A DNA stretch of 64,000 bases, from NCBI GenBank assembly GCA_012295275.1, contig CM022671.1:22134001-22198000 (forward strand), in the 5' to 3' direction. The DNA is from Chrysomallon squamiferum. Taxonomy: Eukaryota; Animalia; Mollusca. Of the stretch, positions 1 to 22,506 are shown piece by piece (positions within the stretch are counted from its first letter, which is position 1; each line of letters begins with the position of its first letter). The notes beneath the pieces were generated by a model that was not told where the DNA came from, did no database searches, and saw only the letters and a program-made list of their open reading frames with translations. The translations under genes and the position numbers were made by a program.

Positions 1-484
1 ACAAAGCATATACCTTCGTAATATCAGTAACCTTACTACTGATCTGAATATATGATAAATCAGTATCATAATCCAGAAGTCGGTAAAAAGATTAAGGAAA
101 TGATAGGGTATATTGCTCATTAAAAAATTGTGATTAAAACGTTCTACGACCGTGCATGCGTGTGTTTTGTGTGTTTTTACATGTGTGAATTATTTATTGT
201 TGTATATCGATATGTGTTTGAAAATGTTTGTGAATAAACCATCAATTTATATTAAATATATTTATGTTTTTGATTAGTATAAAGGCGCGTATTATTCTTT
301 GATGTTCAGATACGTGAGTTATCCTATAGGCCTAGACAGGCAAAATTTCGTGTATTATATTTGATTATTAGATATAATTTTATGAAGCTAAATGGAATCA
401 AACTGAACAAAAAAAAGAAAGAGAAAAAAAAAAAAAAAGAAAAAAAAGAAAAAGAGATCAATATTCTTCAACCCCCACAAGCAT

Positions 485-512
485 TTCTAGAATACTCTAG
501 AATGTTTTTGAA
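485..512. promoter_or_regulatory. Candidate heat-shock element (alternating nGAAn/nTTCn units)
   Basis: TTC-ta-GAA-ta-CTC-ta-GAA-tg-TTT-tt-GAA: six units in exact 5-bp register, 4 perfect and 2 with one mismatch. Confidence 0.4.
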
Positions 513-1375
513 CACTACGAACAATTTGTTCGACAACTATTAAACATTAATATTTCGAGCTTTAATTTAAAAAAAAAAAAAAAAATAAATAAAATTAAAA
601 AGTCTCTGCCATTTCAGTTTTTGCTTGCATAAATATACCGAAAACGTTATCATTCGGTTTCGTGATACAATATCAAATTATTTTATGTGAATGTAAATGT
701 GATTCAGTTATTAGTTATCAATACACCACGAACAATATTATTTGTAATATTTGTTCATAATAATAATATTCAGAATTAGAGTTAGTACTTTTATGAGTTA
801 GTGTTATGAGTCTTGAAATGTTTTTAGTGAACTTACATAATCTAAATAAATAAAACCAAAAAAAAATAGAAACATTCAAGAAAGAGAGAAGTAAACAACT
901 ACATGTATACATGAAACTGTACATGACTCAACGTGGATTTGGAGAAGAAAACAGTTTTTTGTTTTCTACATACTACTATTTTGTGTGGAAGATAGAATTT
1001 CACCAGCACTTCCTTCGTGATATCATTGTTCGCTAACCCATGGCTGTAATATTTCATTTTACAAAAACAAAAAAAAACCGTCAACCGATACGAAACTGTG
1101 GTGCAAAATAACATGTAAACTCATACCATTTAGATACACATATAGAAAAAATAGATACATCAGTGAGTGAGAGAGAGAGAGAGAGAGAGCGTGTGTGTGT
1201 GTGCAATCGATACTTCGTGAAAAGTAACTCATAAAAAAGGTTTTTTTTATATATATAAACATTGCCACTGACTTATCTCGGTCTGTGATAAACTACTTTG
1301 TAGGAACAGAAAATAACAGGATTGTTTGTCCCGTCTTGGGCCAGCGTTCAGAAATTTAACTGAGATCAAATAAAT

Positions 1376-1377
<2 letters not shown>

Positions 1378-1455
<78 letters not shown>
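1378..1455. repeat. (GA)n microsatellite
   Basis: Pure AG dinucleotide run; it produces the spurious SLSLSL ORF. Confidence 0.97.
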
Positions 1456-1459
<4 letters not shown>

Positions 1460-1584
1460 GAATAATAATACAAATAAGAAGAGCACTTAGAGAGTTAAAT
1501 AGAAAAATCTATCTCTACAAAGTTTTCGTGAGTCTATTGTGCAGCATAGCATCACTGATGTGAAACATAAAAAACGGATCGTGA

Positions 1585-1861
1585 TGTTAAAGTTCAGTGT
1601 ACTATAAAATACTATTATTGTCAGTCACAATTCACTGACAGAGTACACAACAGTCTATAGTTTGTTCTACAAGTTTACAGTCTGATGCAATACTTTATTT
1701 CCACAAATCATTTAGAAAGTGGACTTTTACTGAAACCATATATATATATATATCTGAAAAGATGAAGAAAAACGAAATACAAGAAAAAAATATTTAAATT
1801 GTCATTTTGAATATCTTACATGCAAACATTTGGTTCAGAAATAAACAGAGAACAAGTAAGT
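1585..1861 (+). promoter_or_regulatory. Candidate distal TATA promoter and alternative first exon of HPD
   Basis: DR1-like ATGTTA-A-AGTTCA (1585-1596), TATAAAA (1603-1609) and Inr-like TCAGTC/TCACT (1621-1636). ATG 1820 opens MQTFGSEINREQ, ending at a phase-0 GTAAGT donor (1856) compatible with phase-0 HPD exon 2. Confidence 0.35.
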
Positions 1862-2072
1862 AAAAATAATTGAAGATTCTTGTTCGCAGCTATATTATTT
1901 TATTACAGTACTTTGTTATTAGGAAAGGCTGGTCGCTAGTAATTATAAAAAGAAAACTTGTACATGGATACAAAATGTATATCGATCATTTATTTATATT
2001 ATCATGGATTTAATTTCATTTAAATTTAGCAAATATTAATTTCCAACTTGGATGAGTGTAATATATGTCTAG

Positions 2073-2212
2073 AATAACTGGTTACTGTCTTAAAATATCA
2101 GCTTTATCCTGCGAGGGTTAGAATTCTTATTGCAGCGAGGCTCTGACGAATTCCTTTCGCTATTCGAGCTAAGCATGATACAGCATATATCTTAAGACAG
2201 TAACCAGTTATT
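2073..2212. mobile_element. Palindromic MITE-like element
   Basis: Perfect 21-bp inverted repeat AATAACTGGTTACTGTCTTAA (2073-2093) / TTAAGACAGTAACCAGTTATT (2192-2212) around a ~100-bp GC-richer core. Superfamily not determined. Confidence 0.55.
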
Positions 2213-3408
2213 TAAATAATAAAAAAATGTTACTTTTCTCAACTAAGAGCTCTCTGGAGTACTATATTCACCTGTATCGATTTATTGTCGCCTACAAAAT
2301 ATATACATCAAAGCAAATAACAATAATTTAAAAAAAAAATGAAATAGAAAATAAATAAAAAGTAAAATATTCTTTAACAACTAAACCAGCAATTAAACAC
2401 TAAAGAAGTGACTTTGAAAAAACATATATAAATAATAAATAATTAATAAAAGTCTAAATTTGTCTAGTCATTGTATTTTGTCACTATTTATAGTGTTTGC
2501 TGGATAAAAAGATATTATTACTGACTGTATGCCACTGTTATTTCTCTTTGTTTATTTATATAATATTACGTACATGTGTACTATGATGAAATATTTATAT
2601 AGCATGACAACATAAACATATGGATAAAGATGTGTGTCCTAGTTATTCATTTTTTTTCTTCTTCATTTTTATTTTTTTAAATTTGTTTTTACATGATTGG
2701 TTTTCTTAACTTTATTTATTTATTTATTTAGTTGTTTTGTTTTGTTTATAATTTGTTTAGGCCATAAACCGTTTAACTGTGTTATTTTATTATTTATTTT
2801 ATTTCCTTCCATTTGTCTCTGAGCACTCGTATGATTCAGTTGTTTTAAAACTAGGAGTACTTTGTGAATCGTAGCATATGAAAAAACGCAGAATAAAAAG
2901 AAATTTAAAACAAAATAGTAACCAGTGATAACCTATGGAATATCAGATATAGCATATCTTTATCAACAATAACAACAACAATAATAAATTTAAAAAATGT
3001 AATGATGATTAATCTGTATTCATTATACCGTATAATTATTTTATTAAACATACCACTTATTTTATTCGTCACCTTGATATATATTATTTCAAAGGTCTAA
3101 CGTCATAGTCCAAACAAGTAAATAAATAAATAAATAAAAAGTCAAGAAATACATGGTTTCGAATCGAGGGCACGTGAACTTTAACATAGCTTAGTCTTGC
3201 TGGAACCTTAAGTTTTTGTAATAATCATAAATCCCAAACCAAAAGCTACATTTTATCATAATGCTCATGTTAAGATCCAGACGTTCTGTCTCGTATTATT
3301 TTTGCTGTTGTCTGCAATTCGTATACATAGATAGCATTCTGGTTTTATCTTCTTACGATGCAGAATTATGTGAGACACGTTAAGGCCATAACATCGTCTG
3401 CTATGTGT

Positions 3409-3576
3409 GTGTATGGTTAAAAAAACAAAAAACAAACAAACAAACAAACAAATGAACAAATGAACAAAAGGAAAACAAGATAAAAAAAAAAGTGTATGGT
3501 TAAAACAAACAAACAAACAAACAACAAACAAACAAATGAACAAATGAACAAAAGGAAAACAAGATAAAAAAAAAGT
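3409..3576. repeat. Tandem duplication of an ~83-bp A-rich unit
   Basis: GTGTATGGTTAAAA..(ACAA)n..ATGAACAAATGAACAAAAGGAAAACAAGATAAAA occurs twice head-to-tail. Confidence 0.85.
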
Positions 3577-3825
3577 AAATAAATAAATAAAAATAATAAA
3601 AAAGACTCGAAACCTAGTCTAAGAATGGAAGATTTATCATTTTCAGTTTATTATCGTTATGAATGAAATCAGCGTTCTAGATTTATGTTTCTGTTTTTAT
3701 GTAATAACGTGAAATACTGTTTTTTTATGCCATCAGTATATTACATTAAGTGTTTGAAGTAACTGTCTTGATTAATAAGTAAATTCACTAAAAAAATACC
3801 TTGAAATGTATCATTTTCTTGCTTT

Positions 3826-3829
<4 letters not shown>

Positions 3830-3905
<76 letters not shown>
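3830..3905. repeat. (GA)n microsatellite
   Basis: Pure GA run; it produces the spurious ERERER ORF. Confidence 0.97.
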
Positions 3906-3907
<2 letters not shown>

Positions 3908-5030
3908 TTTAACGAAGTATGGATGGTAACGGATTTTAAACTGATTTCAAATTCTGTCCGTTTTTGTTCCTTTTTTTTTTGTTTTTAATGTTATTTTTTT
4001 TCTCATGAAAAATGATTGGAAGATCGTATTACGTACCACTAAACATTAACATATGTGTACATACCAGATGTTAAACCTGATCCTAAAACCGTTATTGATC
4101 AAACTATGTTGTTAGCGACAGCAAGCCAACTGACCTTATTCTTTTTTTCTATTGAACTTTTTTTCTCTTAAATGGAACATGTCTAGTACAGTGTTGTGAA
4201 AACATATGGCGACACGTAGGAGCTATTTTGAAAAAAAAAAAATGTTAAGAATACTTGTAACTAAGTGTAAATAAACAAAACCTTAATACTCCACCTTCAG
4301 GGACCTAGAGTCTAGATCCTTTTGGATGACGTGGAGTGTAATTACAGAACTTCATATGAAATACATAAATTTTAATATGTATAAATAGAAGCAGTTATAT
4401 TTATATACTTGCTTAGAAATCCACGTATATATAAAATAATACATACATACATAGACACATACATACATACATACACACACACATATATATGCCTATACAC
4501 AAATATGCATGCTGTGAACATAGAGGCTCGTATAAAAGTGCATCACTCATTCAGATAAAAATATACTTATGCAAGTCAAACTTTTGTTTCCCTAACATCA
4601 CTGCAAACAGTTCATGTGCCAGACATATTATGCAGGGTTAGAAATGTCAAAGTTCTAGGCCACCTGAAAGAGCATAATGACCGATATTTCGCTAATTTGT
4701 TGGCCCTAAGCCAAAAGAGGCTTAACCAACAGGAATAGTATTAACATCTCTCGGCCTAATATGACCTCAAATGAAAGCTGCTCAACGTTTCAAAACAATA
4801 TCATGACATTTTTTTGTTTTCATAAAAAGAAGCAAATCCATACCGACCTACTTTTTCCTCTGACTGGAACGTTTTCATTCACAGTAAACTAATTTCATGT
4901 TGAAAGTGTAATCAGTCATATAAATTCCCACGGATAACTATCTTGTTTATTTTTTATTAGGCCCAGGTTATTTATAAAATTCAAAATAATGATAAAGGAA
5001 AAAAACATATAATTTACTTTTGAAATTTAA

Positions 5031-5084
<54 letters not shown>

Positions 5085-5619
5085 AATAAATAAATAAATC
5101 AGTCAATCAAAAATAAAATAAAATAATATATATATATTCGTATGTATGTATAATTATATGTATGCTCATAGAGGTGTAATATAGTTATCGTGCACCGAAT
5201 GTATGTTTTTCTAAAAAACAAGAACAACTGTACGTATATTTATTTACATTACATAATTACGAAATATCTCACTGATTTACACACATACATAAATACATTC
5301 ATACATACAAACAAACATACATACATGCATACATACATACATACATACATACATACATACGTACGTACATATAATTATGAAATACAAATTAAGTGTTAGT
5401 GTCAGAGGACATGTTAATAATAACAAATGCTGTTTTAATTCAGTGGAATAGTTCATTAGTTAGAAAAGTTACAATAATTTCTAGAAATAGTGCATAACTG
5501 CGTAAATAACAAACTGCTGATATTTAATAATTATTTCTATTGTGTGAACTGATTTAGTTGAGTGACTCCTGTACTAGTAAACATTGATAATACGATACCA
5601 GGTCGTTATAATAGTACTG

Positions 5620-5755
5620 AAATGATTGGCTAGCTACGGGAGGCGTGACCCAGAGCTTGATATTTCATTGGCTAATATCTTAATGTACAAGCCAACGAAA
5701 ATACCTGTTATGTTGTAATTTATTCTAACATTGGCATCCACGCATTTGGGTGATA
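5620..5755 (+). promoter_or_regulatory. HPD proximal TATA-less promoter / 5'UTR
   Basis: Reverse CCAAT boxes ATTGG at 5625, 5667 and 5730, and a GC-box-like GGGAGGCGTG (5638-5647), just upstream of ATG 5756. Local CpG enrichment. Confidence 0.55.
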
Positions 5756-15883
<10,128 letters not shown>

Positions 15884-18759
15884 GAATGAAAAAAACAACA
15901 ACAAAAATACCTGTGAAGTTTATAGAATTTGCAGCATTTTCATTCTTTAAAATAATAGTCACTTCTTTTAAAGCCATTATTAACATAGATAAAGACATTC
16001 TGTACCTAATGATTAATTAACTAGAACACAGAACTGAAATTGTTTTTACAGACAATCATGAATCAGAAAATATTTTTATTTTCAAATAATAATAATAATA
16101 AAAAAAATTATTTTGGAGGAACAGAATTACAGACAAAAAAATATTATCTTAGATAACTGACATTTTAAATGGTACAAAAATCATAGTAATTTTAATTGTT
16201 ATATTACATGATATAGAATACAAACTAATAATTAAAAAATCATTAATAAATAAAACATCATTTTACAACATACCAAATCACCCATTTATAAAATAAATTA
16301 AACAGAATTAATGTCAGATAAAATATGATGGCTCTTTCTTTTATGCAAAATTCAGTTGTTACATTCCATTTCGTATGAAGAGGTACATTCAGCTTGTATC
16401 TGTGACTTAGTCTCATTTTCATTCAGTATTTGTTCAGGACGAAATGCGTGAAATGCAATCATTTATATGCAGCATGCTTTAAGCATACTGTGTTGTGTAT
16501 ACTGTTGAAAATAATAACATTATTATATAATATATTAGTCATGATTTGGGTTTTGGCAGCATATTTTATTCAGAATTGCATACATATATATATACATATA
16601 TAAACGTAAGTATATATATATATTTATATATACATATATCGGCACAACTGGATTTAATTCATTAACATGGTTGTGGGGAATAAAATTTTAGTGAAGGTAT
16701 TGGTAACTGTGTGCCGTAGAGATTACTTTATTACTGAAATTTTTTATTTGTTGACTATGTTTTTTAAATGATAAAAATGATTCTTTTTTTTTAATGTAAA
16801 AGTAAATCTTGATTTAAAAAATATCCTAACAGTATTATAAAATATCGGACAACATTAAAGAAAAATAATTATTAAAAAAAAAAAAAAAAGAAAATAAATA
16901 AAATGTAAACACATATATACTCTTACTGCATTCAGAAATTCAATTTATTTTGTTTTTTAAACTCCTTTGAAGTGCATAAGCTGATTCTCTTTGTTAACCT
17001 TTAAATATCATCTGATAATGAGAATACACTGCATTAACCCTATATGCTAAATTGACAATCATAATTTTAAATATTTTAACAAGTGATGTCTTCAAAGTAC
17101 TGGATAAATAAATGTTTGTTTTTGTTATAATTTTTTTTTTTAAAAGTGCTGACCTCTATCCAAATATTAACACAGTGATTTGGTGGTAATGTCTGTTATC
17201 AAAAACAAAATAGGTGATTATTCAAGAAAGGCCAATCAGTATTAAAACAGATGAGTTGATGTTTAAACTAGAATTTCTTGAAGAAATATTGGTAACAATA
17301 ATTATAAAGAATTTAATTTTTGGTTGCACACAAGTTTTAATCTAGTTGTATATAAGTAATTTTATGACAGTTATTCTTGATTTACTATGATTTTTTTTGT
17401 CCTTTGAACTATTTTTTAAAAAACATATTTAATAAAGATGATCTATTTTTTGACTTGTTAATGTACAAAGTTTTATGAATGTTATAATCATGTTTTATTT
17501 TTTGTTCACTAGAACATAACAAATTAGTGCTGTTCAAAGAGAAGTATTATTTGTTAGATTGTGATTTTTTTTTTGATTTTATCAGAATCTGTTTTCAGAA
17601 ATGTTTTGTATTTTTTTTTTTTTTTTCATTTAATATGTTACATTTAAATTCATTTTATAGTATTTCATTCATGAAATTATTTTAGGAAATTTGAGCAAAG
17701 TGCTCAGTTGGTGTACACTGAAGTTTACAAAATTAAGAACACAAAAATCCATTCCACAGACTTACAAATTTTAAAATTAAAAAATTATTTTGTTATAGCT
17801 TATGAATAAGATTCAGAAATATTTTACATTTTGAACTTTAAAGAAAACAATTTTTTTTTTAAATTTACATGGATATGTGTAGAAGAAAATGTTCAGTTAA
17901 TGCACTTATATAAAGAATATCATCTTTTCTGGTTTACAGCTTTTGGATATGATTTTACTTTTTGATATAAATGTGTAAAAAACAAATATTTTCTGCAGTC
18001 TCAGTATTTACTCGTATGTAACTTCTATTTTAATTCAGTTTACATTTCAAAGTTGACTAATCGTAGTCTTGTAGTTAAATATATGCAAGTTGGGAGAAGA
18101 TTGTTATTTAAATGTGTGTTTTTCATTATAAACAAATAATGTACATTTTAATTTAGCCATGTCAGAATGGTTTCTGCAAATAACTAACTTTATCAGAAGA
18201 ATTGACAGAATACACATGAATATCTTTTGCATAAAACATGCTGGTTAACAGAACTTTTAAATGTTTTGACTGCAGAAATTCACTATTTTACAAGTTGACT
18301 AATTTTGTAATATTAGAATAAACCACTAATATATAAAAATAAACAGTCCATAAAAATTGTTTTATCCTTTTACATGTAGAACTATTTTTGTTATTTCATT
18401 TAAAATATATACAGTGTCTGTTTGTTGAGCATTTTTGAACAATATAGCCATTGTTAAGTTATGTTGTTGATTTGATGGATTATTATTAACTACGGTGAAG
18501 ATATTTGTTTTTTCTGTTGTTGTTTTTTTGTTGTTGTACAGCAGTGTGGAAATTTAAATTCTGTGTAAAATAGATAAAAAGATTTTAGGATTTTATTTTT
18601 AAAAACATGCTTTGGTGAGTGGTCTTGTTTGTGAAAAATCCAACTGTAAAATTTAGACTCTTATTTTCTTCAGTTAACAATTAAAGAAAAATTTCTCCCA
18701 TTTTCCAATCCAGCAAGATATGCAATAAATTAAAATTCTTCCAAAGAAATGGGCGTTAA

Positions 18760-18762
<3 letters not shown>

Positions 18763-18810
<48 letters not shown>
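18763..18810. repeat. (AAT)n microsatellite
   Basis: Pure AAT run. Confidence 0.95.
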
Positions 18811-18820
<10 letters not shown>

Positions 18821-21800
18821 CAAAAATAAAATGGTATGTACAAAATCAAGATATCAGTTTCTCTAATTCTTTAGAAGTTACTTATTACATTTTTATGTTT
18901 TAAATTGTAAATGACCATAGAACTAACTCTAAAATTCTTAAAATAATAGGCACATTTTTATGAGAGAAAAAAACAAAAGTTAACAATAATAAAAAATTGC
19001 CTTTATATATTTGTTTAAAAAGCTATTAAAAAGAAATAGGCTGATTCTGTGTTGCTGTTTTCCTGAATACCTACTGTTTCTGTACTGTTGATTAAAAATT
19101 AATTAATGTTATAGAAGAAATGATTGGAGAAAGATTTGGATAGAGGTGTTGTATAGTTTGTTTGTGGATGTATATATTATTACTCAGTGACATAGTTGTT
19201 AAGTCTATGTTCTGGTGGCCCATTTTGGCAGCTGATTTTGAGTGTGAAACCGTACTTAATATTGACTATTTTAACCAGTGTGTGCTTTATGTAATATGTA
19301 TCTTTTTTTTTTAAATTTAAGAAGCATTGAAGGCCTTTGATTCAGAATGTAACTTACTGGTTTTAATGCATAATAGACATTCTAATATTCAACGCACATG
19401 GTGAACATTTTAAAGTTTGTTATAGGATTGTGTTGTGTTTTGTTTTTTTCATCTTGTTATTTTATTTTGCACAAAGCAAAATGGTTCATGTTAAAAGGAT
19501 GTGCAACTTTAAATTTAAATATGTATGAAAACCTTTAACATTTATCATTTTAATGCTTTTTTATGTGTTTTTAAGTGGAACATTTTATGTAAAAAAAGAG
19601 TAAAAGATATATAAATAAATTGTCCATGTTTTTAAAAAGGATTCACAAAGTATGCACAAATTTTAATCCTGTATTCATTAAGAACAAATTTTGTTGTTGT
19701 TAAAAAGTATTATGACTTCATTATGAGCACATTTTAAATTTTGTTGTTATTTTATGAAATTTTATTTTTATTACTAAGTTCAAAGGCCTTCTCTGCTGAT
19801 AAATATTGATCCTCATGTCTTGGTGCAGTATATAACTTAGCTTGATGTTTTGTTTTCAATATACATATTCTTCTGTAATCCTTTTCTTTGATGTTAATTT
19901 GTATGCTGGAATGTTTTAATGTTAAATCCCTGGTGTATGAAACATTTTTCTGTCATTTTTATTGAAATTCTGTTATATCAGTATTTAGTTTTTCATTTTA
20001 TAATTCAAAATTCGTTATTGAAACAGAACATTTGTTTTTTTGAAATTTAAAACGAATTCACATTAATTAATATATTAATTGAAATCCGTAATAATAATAC
20101 TCAGATGGTTGTATTTACTTAGGCTGTGCCTTAAACAAAATTTAGAAATAATTTGTTTTGAATATTGAATATTGTGTGACATTTTGTTATATAATCACAA
20201 GTTTGTAATAAATAATTTACATGGACAGAAATGCCCATTTTGAATTTGGCTATTGGTACTAGCATTTTTTAAATAGAAAACTATTAACTGGAGACATCGG
20301 AAAAAAGAATTATATAATCTTTTTTCACAGGGTCATTCTCAGAAACAGTTATATCTGCAGATACCTCCAGGTTATATTTTTATTATCTGGTTGTGGTTAA
20401 TTTTTCATTATACCTGTACTCATACTTGTGCAATGTAGTTAAATCTAATTATTAATTTTGAAAAACTACTTTATATATCACTAATAAAATACATTAATAA
20501 AAAAATAACTGGAAATGATTGTCTTGGTTCTTGTTTTTAACTCTTTCTTTTTTTCTTTTTTTTTTGTGGGTGTGTAATTTGCTTGTTACAGTGACAGAAT
20601 ATTTTATATTCATTTGTTTTTCTTCCTGAAAGAAAGGTAACGAAACACACACATACACACAGAAAATATACATATACTGGAATCAAGATAGATCAACATC
20701 CACATGGCTGGATTTTGGTAATAGTACCCTAAATTATAACTACTTAATACATACACTAAAAATAATGCAAGCAGGTTTTAGCTAACATGTTCAAGAATAT
20801 TTAGATTATGTATCCATTCTTCAGAAAAATACATACAAACAATGCCTTATCAGTTAAGAATTACTGAATTGTATAAAAATGAAAACAAATTTAAAAATAA
20901 ATAGAAAAATAAAAAGATTTCAGTTCATTATAAACCTTCATTCATCTCTTTCTCCTGCTTTTTTTTAAATGTGCTAATACATAATGTATACTTCAATATT
21001 TGTTATTTGTTTTACTGGTGGGCAGTCTTTGTTAATAATAAAGTACGACCTTTAAAATACACAAACACATAAAGCTGTTTGAAAGAATTTTGGTGGCTCA
21101 GGCTATTAGGCTTTTTTTGTGTGTGTGTGTGTGTGTGTCCCTGTGCAAATGCATTTGTGAAATTTCAGAATGAAAGGTTAAATTGGTAATCTCATTCAAT
21201 CTTATTTCACTGGAATCTTGTGTGTTTATACAACTTCTGTCTGACCCAGCTCCACCCCCAAAAAAACAAAACTGAAAAAAAAAATAACCACCACCAACAA
21301 ACTTATTCAAATGTTAATAAACACATTATGAAAATTAATATACAAGTATCATTAGAATCACATTAGACTCCAAGATGTGACAAAAAATAATAAAACAATG
21401 ACTGCACCTGGGACTGTATTGCAAAAAATTTCTCCAGTTATTGTTGGTGTAAATTCTCTGATTTACACATTAAAAAGTAACAATAAAATGGAAAATAAAA
21501 AGAAAAAAGAATTTTTTTTTAAAATTTAAAAGAAGAGACAGAGAAAACTAAATACTTCATAAGACAAAAATAAGAGTTAAAAAAATCTTTAGTGATAAAC
21601 AATAAAGCTTTATTATATTTTAGTTTATTAAAATATTCACAAGTCACACTGACATTAAATCAGCTCTCATCCATTTTATTCATTTAAAGTAAACATATTT
21701 AGAACAAGTTAAATGTATGAACAGGTAACAGTGTTTATCTGCAGTATATGGTTTTCTCACTTTATGTGAAATTGTTTTGACATATTGTTATAATGTACAT

Positions 21801-22506
21801 TGACTCTGTACTTAATTAAGATTAATAACAAAATGAAAAGAAGTCAAAAACTGTCATGATACGAAATATCTCATGTTAGCATTTCATATCAACACTGAAA
21901 TACTGCAATATCAACCAACAACTTTTATTTCTACTTTATATAAATAACAACAAACGAAAACATGAAATTGAAACAAAATATGATGGTAAATCTGTTAACA
22001 ATGAAAAATCTACCCTGAAACTCATCTTCAGAGTATTCCCTGAACAAACCAATTTGAAATTATTTATATCTTTTAATTATTCTTTGGAAGAATTTTGTAG
22101 AGCTGATGTTGGAATATTCTAGAATTTCCCAGATTGAACAGTTTTGTGAAAATTTACTTTCACAGTACCACAAAGAGGAAATGTGCAGACTTAAATTAGT
22201 TATTTTAAAAGTTTACATTGCACTCTCAAGAAAAGCTGTTGCTTAGATTCTCTGAAAGCAGGATAATGTGAAGTGCTCACTTTCAATACTGAGAATCTGA
22301 ATTGATTCTGTCATCTTGACTGATTCTTGCTTGTGCCAGTAATTAAAAAAGATATTATAACACTGGTTTCCTTTCCAGTTAAATTTGAACTTTCATATAT
22401 ATGTCGAGGTTTTCTGTTGTTGTTTTTTTCAAGTGGGTACTGGATTTGCCTGGACTCAAGAATAACATACTTATTTTATTCATTAAGATGTATGCTGCCT
22501 ACAAAT

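Noticed and set aside
1-123. Short open frames at the window start (+: NQYHNPEVGKKIKEMIGYIAH*; -: a 30-nt exon-like ISSKVTDITK at 14-43)
   Set aside because: Too short, interrupted by stops upstream and not recognisable; could be a TE remnant or chance.
974-1360. Exon-like minus-strand segments (HGLANNDITKEVLVKFYLPHKIV; KFLNAGPRRDKQ)
   Set aside because: Splice phases do not join up and the peptides match no family I recognise.
4620-4965. GC-richer block resembling DNA-transposon fragments (CAAATGAAAGC, CCGACCTAC, TAGGCC)
   Set aside because: No paired TIRs or TSD could be defined by eye.
17691-17715. TTGAGCAAAG.., resembling the start of miR-87
   Set aside because: Only the seed region matches and there is no precursor-length hairpin.
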